64,000 nt of DNA from an uncultured Acidobacteriota bacterium (GTDB lineage: Bacteria; Acidobacteriota; UBA6911; RPQK01; JAPXNP01): assembly GCA_963777605.1 (NCBI GenBank), contig CAVZRV010000008.1, forward strand, positions 384,001-448,000, in the 5' to 3' direction. A model generated the notes under the pieces. The model was not told where the DNA came from, made no database searches, and was given only the letters and a program-made list of their open reading frames with translations. This document shows positions 1-10,088 of this stretch, in pieces. Both the position numbers and the translations under genes were made by a program. Numbering within the stretch: the first letter of the stretch is position 1; each line of letters starts with the position of its first letter.

Positions 1-918
1 GAGGGCAGGTGCTCAATGCGGTCGCGGCCGGCCTCGACTCGGTCGCGATGATGAAGATCAGAATGAATCCGGATGAGCCCGGACCTCATGAGCACGAGTG
101 GGGCGGAGCAGTGGTGCTGGACGGGTCAGACCGCTTTCTCGGTTTTGTCACGCGCGTGGAGAACTCGGGATTGAGTCGCACGATCCGGGCGGTCCACCTG
201 CTTCCGGTACAGGTGGCGAAAGAATCGCTGAAGGAAGTCGTCGACCGCAAGCAGAGTATCCGGGCGGGCTGGTTGGGAATCTGGATGAGCGAGGAACCCG
301 ACCAGGTGAGGGTTGAGAAGGTAGTCCCCGGAGAACCGGCCGAGCGGGCCGGGCTCCAGGCAGGGGATGTCATCATCAGGTTCAACGACACGGCTATCTG
401 GTCGCGCGATCAGTTCGTTCGCCTGCTGCGGTCCCTGAGTCCCGAGGCCCGGGTGGATCTGACGGTGGAACGTGACGGGCGGCCGCAAAGGCTTTCCGCT
501 GTTTTGGGCGTCGTGGCCGGCCAGTGAACGTCCGCGATTCGCCTGGTCGATTCAGATCCCCGATGTCTGGACGTCGGACAACGGTTCCAGCGCCGAGTCG
601 AAGGACCTCCGGATTTACAAAGTGCCCCTCGATCCACCGGCCAGCCTGGGCCTCGTGGTAGATTCGCTGACGCCCCAACTGGCCCAGTATTTCAAGGTGC
701 CTTCGGGCAAGGGACTGCTTGTCAAGTCGGTCACCGACGGCAGTCCGGCCAGCCGGTTCGGGTTTCGGGCGGGCGACGTGTTGACTCGGATCAATGACCA
801 GGAAGTGGAATCCGCCAGCGATATCCGACGGATCGTCGAACTCTCCCGGGACGGAGCCCTGGTCATCGGCTTCTTCCGTGACGGCGTCCGGATGACCCGC
901 AAAGTAGCTCTCCACTAG
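1..918 (+). CDS. HtrA/DegP-like protein, C-terminal part with two PDZ domains; 5'-truncated by the window edge and frameshifted near 506
   Basis: ORF 9..527 has GWLGI...VEKVVPGEPAERAGLQAGDVIIRFN (PDZ1); ORF 472..918 has SLGLVV...LLVKSVTDGSPASRFGFRAGDVLTRIN (PDZ2); the frames join with one indel at the GGG near 506-508. Confidence 0.75.
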
Positions 919-962
919 TGTCTTGCCGACATGACCGTGGCTTCCCCGTTTAGAATGAGACG

Positions 963-3785
963 ATGCAGGAGATTCTGATTCGGGGGGCTCGCCAGCACAA
1001 TCTGCGTAACCTGGATCTGAGCATCCCGAGAAATGCCATCACCGTGATCACCGGGCTGAGCGGTTCCGGCAAGTCGAGTCTCGCCTTTGACACCCTTTAT
1101 GCGGAAGGCCAGCGCCGTTACATTGAGTCTCTCTCGACCTACGCGAGGCAGTTCCTGGAGCAGATGGAGAAGCCGGACGTCGATTCCATTGACGGCCTGT
1201 CGCCCGCCATCTCCATTGAACAGAAGACGACCTCGCGCAGTGCGCGGTCGACCGTGGGCACGATCACCGAGATTTACGATTACCTGCGCCTGCTGTTCTC
1301 GAGCGTCGGACTGCCCCACTGTCCGAACTGCGGTCGGGTCATCTCCCGGCAAACCGTGGACGACATCGTCGATCAGATCCTGCAAATGCCTCAGGGAACG
1401 AGGGTGACCGTGCTGGCTCCCGTCGTTCGGGAGCGCAAGGGTGAGTTCAGAAGGCTCTTCGAGCGCTTTCTCAAGGAAGGCTACATCAGGGCGAGGGTCG
1501 ACGGTGAAGTGATCGATCTGGAGTTTCCTCCTTCGCTGGATCGTCGCAAGAACCACACGGTCGAGGTCATCGTGGACAGGTTGGCGGTTTCGGCCGACTT
1601 CAGGAAACGGGTCGAGGAGTCGGTGCGGCAGGCGCTGAAGATCGCCGACGGGTTGGCCGGAATCAGTATTCGTGACGGATCGGAACAACTCTTTTCGGAG
1701 AAGCTGGCCTGCATCGACTGTGGGATCAGCGTGCCGGTGCTGGAGCCGAGGAGTTTCTCGTTCAACAGCCGGTTCGGGGCCTGTGAAGTCTGTAAAGGGC
1801 TCGGTACGTTTCTGCAGGCCAACCTGGGCAGGCTGGTCAAGAATCCGAGCCAGCCCTTGGACAAGCTCCGTCTCTCGCTGACCGACCGCGACCTGGACTA
1901 CCTTTTCCGGGAAGCTTCGTCCGCCTTGATGCGGCACCTCGGAGTCGATGGCGACACTCCCTTTGAGTTGTGGCCCGGCCGGATGCTCTCGGCGCTTCGG
2001 GACGGCCTTCTCGAGAAGATAGAATTTCGGTACGGGGACCACGTCTATGCAAGCCAGTTCGAAGGCCTGACACAGTGGTTCCGAAGGAGGATCGAGTCGA
2101 CCTCCAGCCCCAAGCGCAGGCAGCAGCTGCAGGCCTACATGGGGGAAGCCGAGTGCGGCGCCTGTGGTGGAAGCCGGTTGCGACCCGAGAGCCGGGCGGT
2201 CCGACTCAACGATCTCTCGATTTCGGATTATTGCCGGATGCCTCTCGATGATTGTGAGAAGGCGCTCGGACGCATCGGGCTGAGCGGCCGTCAGGAGCGG
2301 GTGGCCGGGCCGGTGCTTGACGAGATTCGGCAGCGGGTGTCATTCCTGGTTCAGATCGGGGTCGAGTACCTGACCCTGGACCGCCAGGCCGAAACCCTGT
2401 CCGCGGGAGAGGCGCAACGGGTCCGGCTGGCGACCCAGGTGGGGTCTCAGCTCCGCGGAGTCCTGTATGTCCTCGACGAGCCGTCGATCGGCTTGCATGC
2501 CCGGGACACCCAGAGCCTTCTCGACGCCCTCGCCCGGCTGCGCGACCTGGGAAATACGATCGTCGTCGTCGAGCACGATGAAGAGACGATCCGGAGTGCA
2601 GACCACATTGTCGATCTTGGGCCGGGCGCCGGTGTCCACGGCGGAGCCATCGTTGCAGAGGGCTCGCTCGACGAAATCGCGAACAACCCCGAGTCGCTCA
2701 CCGGGGCGTTCTTGAGCGGCCGGACCCAGATCGTCGCACCGTCTGAACCCCGGCAGGGAAACGGGAAGTCCCTGCAATTGCTGGGAGTTCGTCACCACAA
2801 CCTGGCAGATGTCGATGTCTCATTCCCCCTGGGCGTCTTCATCGCCGTCACCGGAGTCTCGGGAGCGGGGAAGTCATCACTCGTTGACGAAGTGCTCTAC
2901 CGTAGCCTCTCCCGGCATCTTTACGGGTCGTTGCTGGAGCCTGGGCCGGTTCGGGAGATCCGCGGGCTGGACAACATCGACAAAGTCATCGAGATCGACC
3001 AGTCCCCAATCGGCCGAACTCCCCGATCCAACCCCGCCACCTACACCGGGGTGTTTACCCCGATCCGGAAACTCTTCTCGCTTCTTCCGGAATCCCGGAT
3101 GCGTGGCTACAAGCCGGGCCGTTTCAGTTTCAACGTCAAGGGAGGCCGCTGCGAAGCCTGTCGGGGCGACGGCGTCCGCAAGATCGAGATGAGCTTCCTC
3201 CCGGATGTCTACGTAGGTTGCGAGGTTTGCCAGGGCGCCCGCTACAACCGGGAAACCCTGACCGTGAAGTACAAGGGACAGAGTATTGCCGACGTTCTCC
3301 AGATGCCGGTTGACGAAGCCTACGAACTGCTCGACAACATCCCGCCAATCGAGAGCAGGTTGCGAACCCTGCGCCAGGTTGGGCTCGGCTACATTACTCT
3401 GGGCCAGTCATCGACGACCCTTTCCGGGGGCGAGGCCCAACGCGTCAAGCTGGCCCGGGAGTTGAGCCGCAGAGCGACCGGCCGAACGCTTTACATCCTG
3501 GACGAGCCGACGACGGGACTGCACTACGAGGATGTCCGGAAGCTTCTTGATATCCTCCACGAACTCGTCAATCTTGGTAACACGGTGATCGTTATCGAGC
3601 ACAATCTTGATGTGATCCGCTGTGCCGACTGGATCATCGATCTCGGTCCCGACGGTGGGTCGAAGGGAGGACGTTTGGTTGCTTGTGGCCCTCCTGCAAC
3701 GGTCGCCGGAATCCCTGAATCGCGCACCGGGCAGGCGCTGGCACCAGCCCTGGCCGGTTTACCTCCCGGTTCCGAGCGTCATTGA
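963..3785 (+). CDS. uvrA: Excinuclease ABC subunit A
   Basis: 940 aa; GARQHNL, two Walker A motifs ([18 protein letters not shown]), [16 protein letters not shown] signatures, CxxC zinc fingers. Confidence 0.99.
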   Translation: MQEILIRGARQHNLRNLDLSIPRNAITVITGLSGSGKSSLAFDTLYAEGQRRYIESLSTYARQFLEQMEKPDVDSIDGLSPAISIEQKTTSRSARSTVGTITEIYDYLRLLFSSVGLPHCPNCGRVISRQTVDDIVDQILQMPQGTRVTVLAPVVRERKGEFRRLFERFLKEGYIRARVDGEVIDLEFPPSLDRRKNHTVEVIVDRLAVSADFRKRVEESVRQALKIADGLAGISIRDGSEQLFSEKLACIDCGISVPVLEPRSFSFNSRFGACEVCKGLGTFLQANLGRLVKNPSQPLDKLRLSLTDRDLDYLFREASSALMRHLGVDGDTPFELWPGRMLSALRDGLLEKIEFRYGDHVYASQFEGLTQWFRRRIESTSSPKRRQQLQAYMGEAECGACGGSRLRPESRAVRLNDLSISDYCRMPLDDCEKALGRIGLSGRQERVAGPVLDEIRQRVSFLVQIGVEYLTLDRQAETLSAGEAQRVRLATQVGSQLRGVLYVLDEPSIGLHARDTQSLLDALARLRDLGNTIVVVEHDEETIRSADHIVDLGPGAGVHGGAIVAEGSLDEIANNPESLTGAFLSGRTQIVAPSEPRQGNGKSLQLLGVRHHNLADVDVSFPLGVFIAVTGVSGAGKSSLVDEVLYRSLSRHLYGSLLEPGPVREIRGLDNIDKVIEIDQSPIGRTPRSNPATYTGVFTPIRKLFSLLPESRMRGYKPGRFSFNVKGGRCEACRGDGVRKIEMSFLPDVYVGCEVCQGARYNRETLTVKYKGQSIADVLQMPVDEAYELLDNIPPIESRLRTLRQVGLGYITLGQSSTTLSGGEAQRVKLARELSRRATGRTLYILDEPTTGLHYEDVRKLLDILHELVNLGNTVIVIEHNLDVIRCADWIIDLGPDGGSKGGRLVACGPPATVAGIPESRTGQALAPALAGLPPGSERH

Positions 3786-3924
3786 TCGGATGGGTAAGTT
3801 CGGGGACCTCCGCCGGGCGACATGATCGTGGCTCCGGGAATAGCTTGCGCGCCGACAGCCCTCATCCGAACCTCCACCCAATCACAAGCCAAAAATCCAA
3901 GACCACAGATGCCCATCGGTCATG

Positions 3925-4125
<201 letters not shown>

Positions 4126-4144
4126 TTACGCACGAAGGGGATCT

Positions 4145-5104
4145 ATGGCCAAGTTCGAGCGCTTCGATTTTTCAAATGCCCGCCGTTATTCCGTTGAAGA
4201 CCGCCCCAGCAAAGTTGGAGTGGGGGCTTTCGCCTCTCCGGTCGGCTCGGACAGTCTGAGTGATTTCCTCGGCTCCCTGCCCGATTTTCTGGCGGCCAAG
4301 CAGTTGCGTACCCTGGTCTCCCGCGTCCAGCAGGCACGACGGTTGGGGAAGCCGATCATCTGGGGTTTCGGGGGCCACGTGATCAAGGTCGGCCTGGCCC
4401 CGGTACTGGTTGACCTGATGGATCGGGGGTTCGTCACCGCCCTGGCGACCAACGGTAGCGGGGTGATCCACGATTTCGAGCTGGCTCTGTTCGGGAAAAC
4501 GTCGGAGGATGTCGAGCAGCAGCTGGTGGCCGGTGACTTCGGGATGGCGGAAGAGACCGGGAAGGGAATCAACCAGGCGGTGATCGACGGCTTCGAGCTG
4601 GGACTCGGGTTTGGAGCCTCCGTCGGACGATTCCTCGACCGTGCCGAATCGGTTCCATCCGGAGTATCCGTGCTCCTCGAAGCCTATCGCCGGGAGATCC
4701 CGGTGACGGTCCACGTCGCCGTGGGAACCGATATCATTCACTGCCACCCGGAAGCCTCGGGCGAGGCGATCGGGGCAACGTCACTGCGCGATTTCCAGAT
4801 GTTCACGGGAATCGTTGCCCAGTTGGAAGGCGGAGGCGTCTACCTGAACCTCGGTTCCGCGGTGATCCTGCCCGAGGTGTTCCTGAAGGCGGTCACGGCA
4901 GTGCGCAATGCTGGAACTCCGCTGCGGGATCTGGTGACTGCGAACCTGGACTTTCTCCAGCACTACCGGCCGACACAAAACGTTGTGCGCCGCCCCGTGG
5001 CCGGAAGTGGTACCGGGATAAGCCTGACGGGCCACCACGAGATTATGGTCCCGCTTCTGGCTGGCCTGCTGATTCACTGTGAGCAGCCGTCCGATGCAGG
5101 ATAG
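4145..5104 (+). CDS. Deoxyhypusine-synthase-like NAD-binding protein (GSU2086-type family)
   Basis: GGHVIKVGL, ATNGSGVIHDFELAL, HVAVGTDIIH, GSAVILPEVFLKA and GHHEIMVP motifs. Confidence 0.8.
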   Translation: MAKFERFDFSNARRYSVEDRPSKVGVGAFASPVGSDSLSDFLGSLPDFLAAKQLRTLVSRVQQARRLGKPIIWGFGGHVIKVGLAPVLVDLMDRGFVTALATNGSGVIHDFELALFGKTSEDVEQQLVAGDFGMAEETGKGINQAVIDGFELGLGFGASVGRFLDRAESVPSGVSVLLEAYRREIPVTVHVAVGTDIIHCHPEASGEAIGATSLRDFQMFTGIVAQLEGGGVYLNLGSAVILPEVFLKAVTAVRNAGTPLRDLVTANLDFLQHYRPTQNVVRRPVAGSGTGISLTGHHEIMVPLLAGLLIHCEQPSDAG

Positions 5105-5156
5105 GAACGAAACGCCTTGAGCATTCTTGATCGAGCGAAGAGCTGTGGAGGAGGGC

Positions 5157-5879
5157 TTGCCGAATATCGGGGTTATCATTCCCGCGCTCGACGAAGAAGC
5201 CTCGGTCGGGCAGGTTGTCGAGAGGGTCCTCTCGAGTGTTCGCCCGCTTGGAACGGCCCGGGTGCTGGTGGCGGACAACGGATCCCGCGATGGGACCTCC
5301 AGGGTAGCCCGCGAGGCGGGTGCCGAAACCATTCGCGTGCTCCCCCGCGGCTACGGTGCGGCCTGCCTTGGGGCGATCCGGGAGTTAGGGGATTGGCCGG
5401 AGATCGTGGTTTTCCTGGACGCCGACGGCTCGAGCAGTCCCGAGGAGAGCGACCGCCTCATCGCTCCGGTCTTGTCTGGAAAGGCAGAAGCCGTACTCGG
5501 TTGCCGCACATCCACTGTTGCCATGACGGCTCCGCAGAAGTTGGGGACCCGGCTTGCCGTTAAGCTCATTAACCTGCTCTGGGGCACCGGTTATCGGGAC
5601 ATGGGGCCATTCCGCTGCCTCCGCCGCGAGGCTCTCGGCCGGTTGGCGATGACCGACCTGACCTGGGGATGGACGATCGAAATGCAGATCCGGCTGGCGG
5701 AAGAAGGCTGCCGCGTTCTCGAAGTGCCGGTTTCGTGGAACCGCCGGCTGGCGGGCAAATCTAAGATCAGCGGCAGCGTCACGGGCGTCCTCCGCGCGGG
5801 AGGCAAGATTCTCTGGACGGTTGCCCGGTATGCCTGGAGTCGCAACAGCCGCCGTGGTCAGGTCTCCCGCTCGAGGTGA
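5157..5879 (+). CDS. Glycosyltransferase family 2 (DPM1-like)
   Basis: VIIPALDEE, DNGSRDGT, FLDADGS, DMGPFR, WGWTIEMQ; GGAGGAG SD before TTG 5157. Confidence 0.9.
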   Translation: MPNIGVIIPALDEEASVGQVVERVLSSVRPLGTARVLVADNGSRDGTSRVAREAGAETIRVLPRGYGAACLGAIRELGDWPEIVVFLDADGSSSPEESDRLIAPVLSGKAEAVLGCRTSTVAMTAPQKLGTRLAVKLINLLWGTGYRDMGPFRCLRREALGRLAMTDLTWGWTIEMQIRLAEEGCRVLEVPVSWNRRLAGKSKISGSVTGVLRAGGKILWTVARYAWSRNSRRGQVSRSR

Positions 5880-6469
5880 CGGTGCAGTTCCCTGTAGACC
5901 TGCTCGACCTGCTCCCTGGTGTTTTCGAAACTGCCTGAAGTGTCGATTGCGTAGTCGCCGACCAGGAGCTTTCGGTAAATCGGCATCTGGCTGCGGATGC
6001 GCAGCAGGGCCTCGTCGCGGCTCATGCCATCCCTGTGGATCAGCCGCCGGAGCTGTTCCTCCGGTGGGCAGTAGGTCACCAAGACCACCTCATAGCGCCG
6101 GTAGGTCCCGACTTCGACCATCAGTGCCGCATCGACCACGATGATTCGGGAATGCAGCGGCTGGCAGGCCTGGATCAGTGCATCCTCGCGTTCCAGTATG
6201 TGCGGATGAACGATCTGGTTCAGCCTGTGGCGTTCCCTCGCGTCAGAGAAGACCCTGGCTCCGAGAGCCTTTCGGTCGAGAGTACCGTCGCGCTTGAGGA
6301 TCTTTTTTCCGAATGCCTCCAGGATCTCCCGGTAACCGGCCGTTCCCGGTTCGACCACTTCACGCGCAATCTGGTCGGCGTCGATGACGTGGACGCCGAG
6401 GGCCTCGAACGTGCGGAGGACGTTGGATTTCCCGCAGGCAATCCCGCCGGTTAAACCGACCTTGAGCAT
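5858..6469 (-). CDS. coaE: Dephospho-CoA kinase
   Basis: MLKVGLTGGIACGKS, IDADQIAREVV, LDRKALGARVF, LNQIVHP. Confidence 0.97.
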   Translation of the reverse strand: MLKVGLTGGIACGKSNVLRTFEALGVHVIDADQIAREVVEPGTAGYREILEAFGKKILKRDGTLDRKALGARVFSDARERHRLNQIVHPHILEREDALIQACQPLHSRIIVVDAALMVEVGTYRRYEVVLVTYCPPEEQLRRLIHRDGMSRDEALLRIRSQMPIYRKLLVGDYAIDTSGSFENTREQVEQVYRELHRHLERET

Positions 6470-6482
6470 TCGTTGGCAGGGC

Positions 6483-8076
6483 TCAGAACTTGAATTCAAC
6501 CCACTGACTCCAGCAGGGAGGGTCCTGTTTCGGGGAGACTCTGATCTTGAACGGGTTCCAGGCTTTCAAATCCGTCCACAGTTCCCGCGGAAAGGGCCCC
6601 AGTATCTGGTGGTTTCCCTTCATCTCGTACGTCCCATCGACATGATGATCACCGACGCCGATATCGTACTGGATCAGGTAGGTGGTTTCCATGTCGCCCC
6701 GCCAGTCCATCAGCAGGGCCCCGGTGTGAACGTCGTATTGAAGTACTTTCCCGTTCTCCGGAGTGTAGATGCGGGGGCAATCGCCGCCGGGTTCGGACTG
6801 GTAGACCTCCGCCGGGCCCCCGAATAGTTCTTTGGCGAGGTGGTCACTTTCCGAAAACATCGATTCCATAGTCGAACGCAGATGCTCGCCAACCTTCGCT
6901 TCCTGCGCATTGAGATTGTGTTGCTCTGCGGGGTCGATCTGGAGGTCGTAGAGCTCGCCGGTTGAGATGTATTTCCAACGCCCGGACCGGATTCCCCTGA
7001 TCCACTCATTCTCCCGCTCCCTCGTGGTCTGATTTCCGGCCGCGACCGACTCGTACAGAAGAACCCGGTCCGGTCGGCTTCCGAAGAGATCTTGTCCCTG
7101 AACTCCGGGCAGGAATTTCGACTCCGCAGAGGCGGGAGACGGTGGGAAGGATGTCGATCTGGCTCACCGGGTCGGAGACGATCATGCCGGAAGGAACGTG
7201 GCCGGGCCAGGAGACGAACAGCGGGATGTGGACCAGTTCCTGGTACAGCTTGGCGTGCAGCGAAGTCGATGCGTGGCCGACGAACCCATGGTCCAGCAAC
7301 TCCTCGCCGTGATCGGCGGTGACCACGATCAGTGTCGAGTCGAGCAATTGCCGATCTTCGAGCAGTTGCAGCACCTTGCCGAAGAGTGTGTCAACTTCCT
7401 TGAGTTCCGCTTCGTAGAGAGCGTCCAGGACCGGCTTGTCGTCGGGAGTGAAATGCGTCGAGCCGAATGGAACGATAGCGCCGTTGAGGACTGCCTTGAT
7501 GCCGGGGCTCTTCTCGAGGTCCTCTCTCGGAGCCGGCATGGCCTCTTGGGCCGGCCGGTAGGGCTGATGAACGAGCGTGGTATGGAACCAGAGAAAGAAA
7601 GGGGACTCCGAACCGGGACCGGTGTTTCCTTCCAGCCAGTTCAGGATGGTCTTCGATTCATCGGCTCCAAGATATTTCCGTTCCACTGCTCCCAGGCCCA
7701 GATTGCGGTAATAGGGAGCGAACGTGAAGAAATTCAGGTTCGGAGTCCGATATCCCTTCTCCCGAAAGATCCTTGGGAGTGTTTGAATCTCCGGCGATCC
7801 CATTCGGTCACGATTGTCGACTCCGTGAACCCGGGGATAGAGTCCACTCAGGATGGAGACCAGCCCTGGTGCCGTCCAGGCCGACACGCTCGAGGCGTTG
7901 GTGAAGACGGTCCCGCGGCGAGCCCACTGGTCAATGTTCGGAGTGGGGCTCGGCTGGTTCCCGTAGGTCCCGAAGCGATCAGCCCGGCAAGAGTCGATGG
8001 TGAAAATGATGACGTTCGCCTGGACCGCCATCGTGGAAAAGAACAGCGCCAGGAGTGCAAGAGGAATCCGGAGCAT
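6483..8076 (-). CDS. Secreted sulfatase-like hydrolase/transferase (alkaline phosphatase superfamily), frameshifted near 7108
   Basis: Signal peptide, NVIIFTIDSCRAD, SAWTAPGLVSILSG, TADHGEE, DILPT; removing one base at 7107-7109 continues as GVQGQDL...IRSGRWKYI...ELYDLQIDPAEQHNL into ORF 6483..6869. Confidence 0.85.
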
Positions 8077-8194
8077 CAGTGGCCTCTTCTCCAAGGCGGT
8101 GGATTGCACGTCCGGATCGCCGGTCGGATAATCATCACCGCATTTGCCCGAGCGGGCTTTCAAACCCGGACTAAAATGATAGCATCTCGTTTCG

Positions 8195-8917
8195 GTGAGT
8201 GGTTTCTACTACGCCGTCTATAATCGGATTCCCGCATTCCTGAAACGCCGCATCAACCCCCTCGAATACGGTGTGGAGCGGTTTGTGGCATCGGCTGCCG
8301 ACAAGAGGCCCCGGTTGGTGGTTGACGCCGGAGCCGGAGAAGTGCGTTTTCAGAGACTCTTCCCGCCCACGACGCGGTACATGGCAGTAGACAGTGGGGT
8401 TGGGGACAAGCAGTGGGACTATTCCCGGCTTGATGTGATCGCTGACTTGAGCGCGATCTCCCTGGCTTCCGGGCAGGCCGATGTGGTCATCAACACCCAG
8501 GTCCTGGAGCACGTCCGGAGCCCCGAGCAGGTCATCGGTGAAATCCACCGGATTCTTCGTAAGGGGGGAACCCTCTACTTGACGGTCCCCCAGGGATGGC
8601 CCGAACACCAACAGCCGAACGATTTCTTCCGTTTTACCCGCTTCGGGTTGAGCATGCTGCTCACTCGAGCAGGTTTCGGAGATGTCGAAATCGGCCGCCT
8701 GGGCGGATACTTCCACTACCTGGGACACCGCCTGAGCTATCTCCCCAAGATCGTATTTGCTCCGCAGAAGGGAGTTGCCAGGGTCCTGCTGTTCCCCCTC
8801 GAACTGCTCAGCCTCGGCCTGTTCTGCTTTGTTGTGCCCATTGTCTGTTACTACCTGGACGGTCTCGATCGCTCGGGCGACTTCACTCTCTGCTACCGGG
8901 TTAAGGCGGTAAAATAG
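8195..8917 (+). CDS. Class I SAM-dependent methyltransferase (Methyltransf_11)
   Basis: VVDAGAGE motif I, DVVINTQVLEHV, EIHRILRKGG, PNDFFRFT. Confidence 0.9.
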   Translation: MSGFYYAVYNRIPAFLKRRINPLEYGVERFVASAADKRPRLVVDAGAGEVRFQRLFPPTTRYMAVDSGVGDKQWDYSRLDVIADLSAISLASGQADVVINTQVLEHVRSPEQVIGEIHRILRKGGTLYLTVPQGWPEHQQPNDFFRFTRFGLSMLLTRAGFGDVEIGRLGGYFHYLGHRLSYLPKIVFAPQKGVARVLLFPLELLSLGLFCFVVPIVCYYLDGLDRSGDFTLCYRVKAVK

Positions 8918-9017
8918 GAGTTCTTTTCCCGAAGGAAGACAAAGGGTTTGCGGAATGCAACCGTCGGGCGGTACGTGCATCTGTTATGCTGTCATTGAAT
9001 CGCCAAATCAAAGGAAA

Positions 9018-9373
9018 GGGGGCGCCCTGGATTCGACGGAAGTATTTGAGGCAGTAGGTGCATGCCGAGTTGTCAATTCTCGTAAAACCTGGCAAAAAAC
9101 GATAAGTGCCAACAATCAGTTAGCCTTAGCTGCGTAATTACGCAGTCGTCCGGATGGCTCAGTCCGCGGGGTCGTTTCGGGCGTCACGTTAGCGGACTCG
9201 TTGGTGACGATGGGTTTCTCCAGCGCGTCGCCGAGACCATTTCTGGGGGACTTCGTTGCGGTCCCTTGGCCGATTTCGAATGCCGCAACGCAGCAACAGT
9301 GAAGTCGGATAAGCATGTAGAGCTTGCTGTTGAAGGCTTTCGGACGTGGGTTCGATTCCCACCGCCTCCACCA
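9018..9373 (+). ncRNA. ssrA: tmRNA; tag peptide ANNQLALAA at 9108-9137
   Basis: 5' GGGGGCG...GGATTCGAC; 3' GGACGTGGGTTCGATTCCCACCGCCTCCACCA (T-arm, acceptor stem, CCA); internal reading frame ending LALAA-stop; 356 nt. Confidence 0.97.
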
Positions 9374-9391
9374 CCCCTCCTGTCACTCAGA

Positions 9392-10081
9392 ATGCAGCAC
9401 CTGGAAAATCACAGAACTCAGCGGATCGGCTGGTTGCGGGCGGCCGTCCTGGGTGCAAACGACGGCATCGTCTCGACGGCGAGCTTGGTTGTCGGAGTTG
9501 CCGCGGCGGAATCGTCGCGAGCAAACATCCTGGTGGCGGGGGTCGCAGGTCTGGTCGCCGGCGCGATGTCGATGGCGGCGGGCGAATTCGTGTCCGTCAG
9601 TTCCCAATCCGATACCGAAAAGGCCGATCTGGCGAGGGAACGCGAGGAACTGCTGACTGAGCCCGAGTCGGAGTTGGACGAACTGACGAAGATCTACGTC
9701 GATCGCGGACTCGATCGGGCACTGGCCCGACACGTGGCGGAACAGCTGACGGCTCACGATGCCTTGGAAGCCCACGCGCGTGATGAGTTGGGGATCTCAG
9801 AAATTACCACGGCCCGGCCCGTGCAGGCTGCTCTGTCGTCCGCCGGAAGCTTCACGGTGGGGGCAGCCTTGCCCTTGCTGGTCGCTCTCCTGGCTCCGGT
9901 GTCAGCCGTCATTCCGGCCGTATTCCTGGCCTCTTTGTTGTTTCTTGCCGTTCTTGGCGGTGCCTCGGCTCATGCCGGCGGTGCCGGCCGAGGCACCGCG
10001 GCGTTGCGGGTCACCCTCTGGGGTGCACTGGCGATGGCACTGACGGCTGCGGCGGGGGCCCTCTTCGGTGGAGCGGCTTGA
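9392..10081 (+). CDS. VIT1/CCC1 family Fe/Mn transporter
   Basis: GWLRAAVLGANDGIVSTASL, AGAMSMAAGEFVSVSSQ, AHARDELGI. Confidence 0.95.
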   Translation: MQHLENHRTQRIGWLRAAVLGANDGIVSTASLVVGVAAAESSRANILVAGVAGLVAGAMSMAAGEFVSVSSQSDTEKADLAREREELLTEPESELDELTKIYVDRGLDRALARHVAEQLTAHDALEAHARDELGISEITTARPVQAALSSAGSFTVGAALPLLVALLAPVSAVIPAVFLASLLFLAVLGGASAHAGGAGRGTAALRVTLWGALAMALTAAAGALFGGAA

Positions 10082-10088
10082 CGTCGGG

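Noticed and set aside
8955-9391. ORF 8955..9137 and the N-terminal extension of VIT1 from 9266
   Set aside because: Both overlap the tmRNA; the first is the tag frame, and VIT1 starts at ATG 9392
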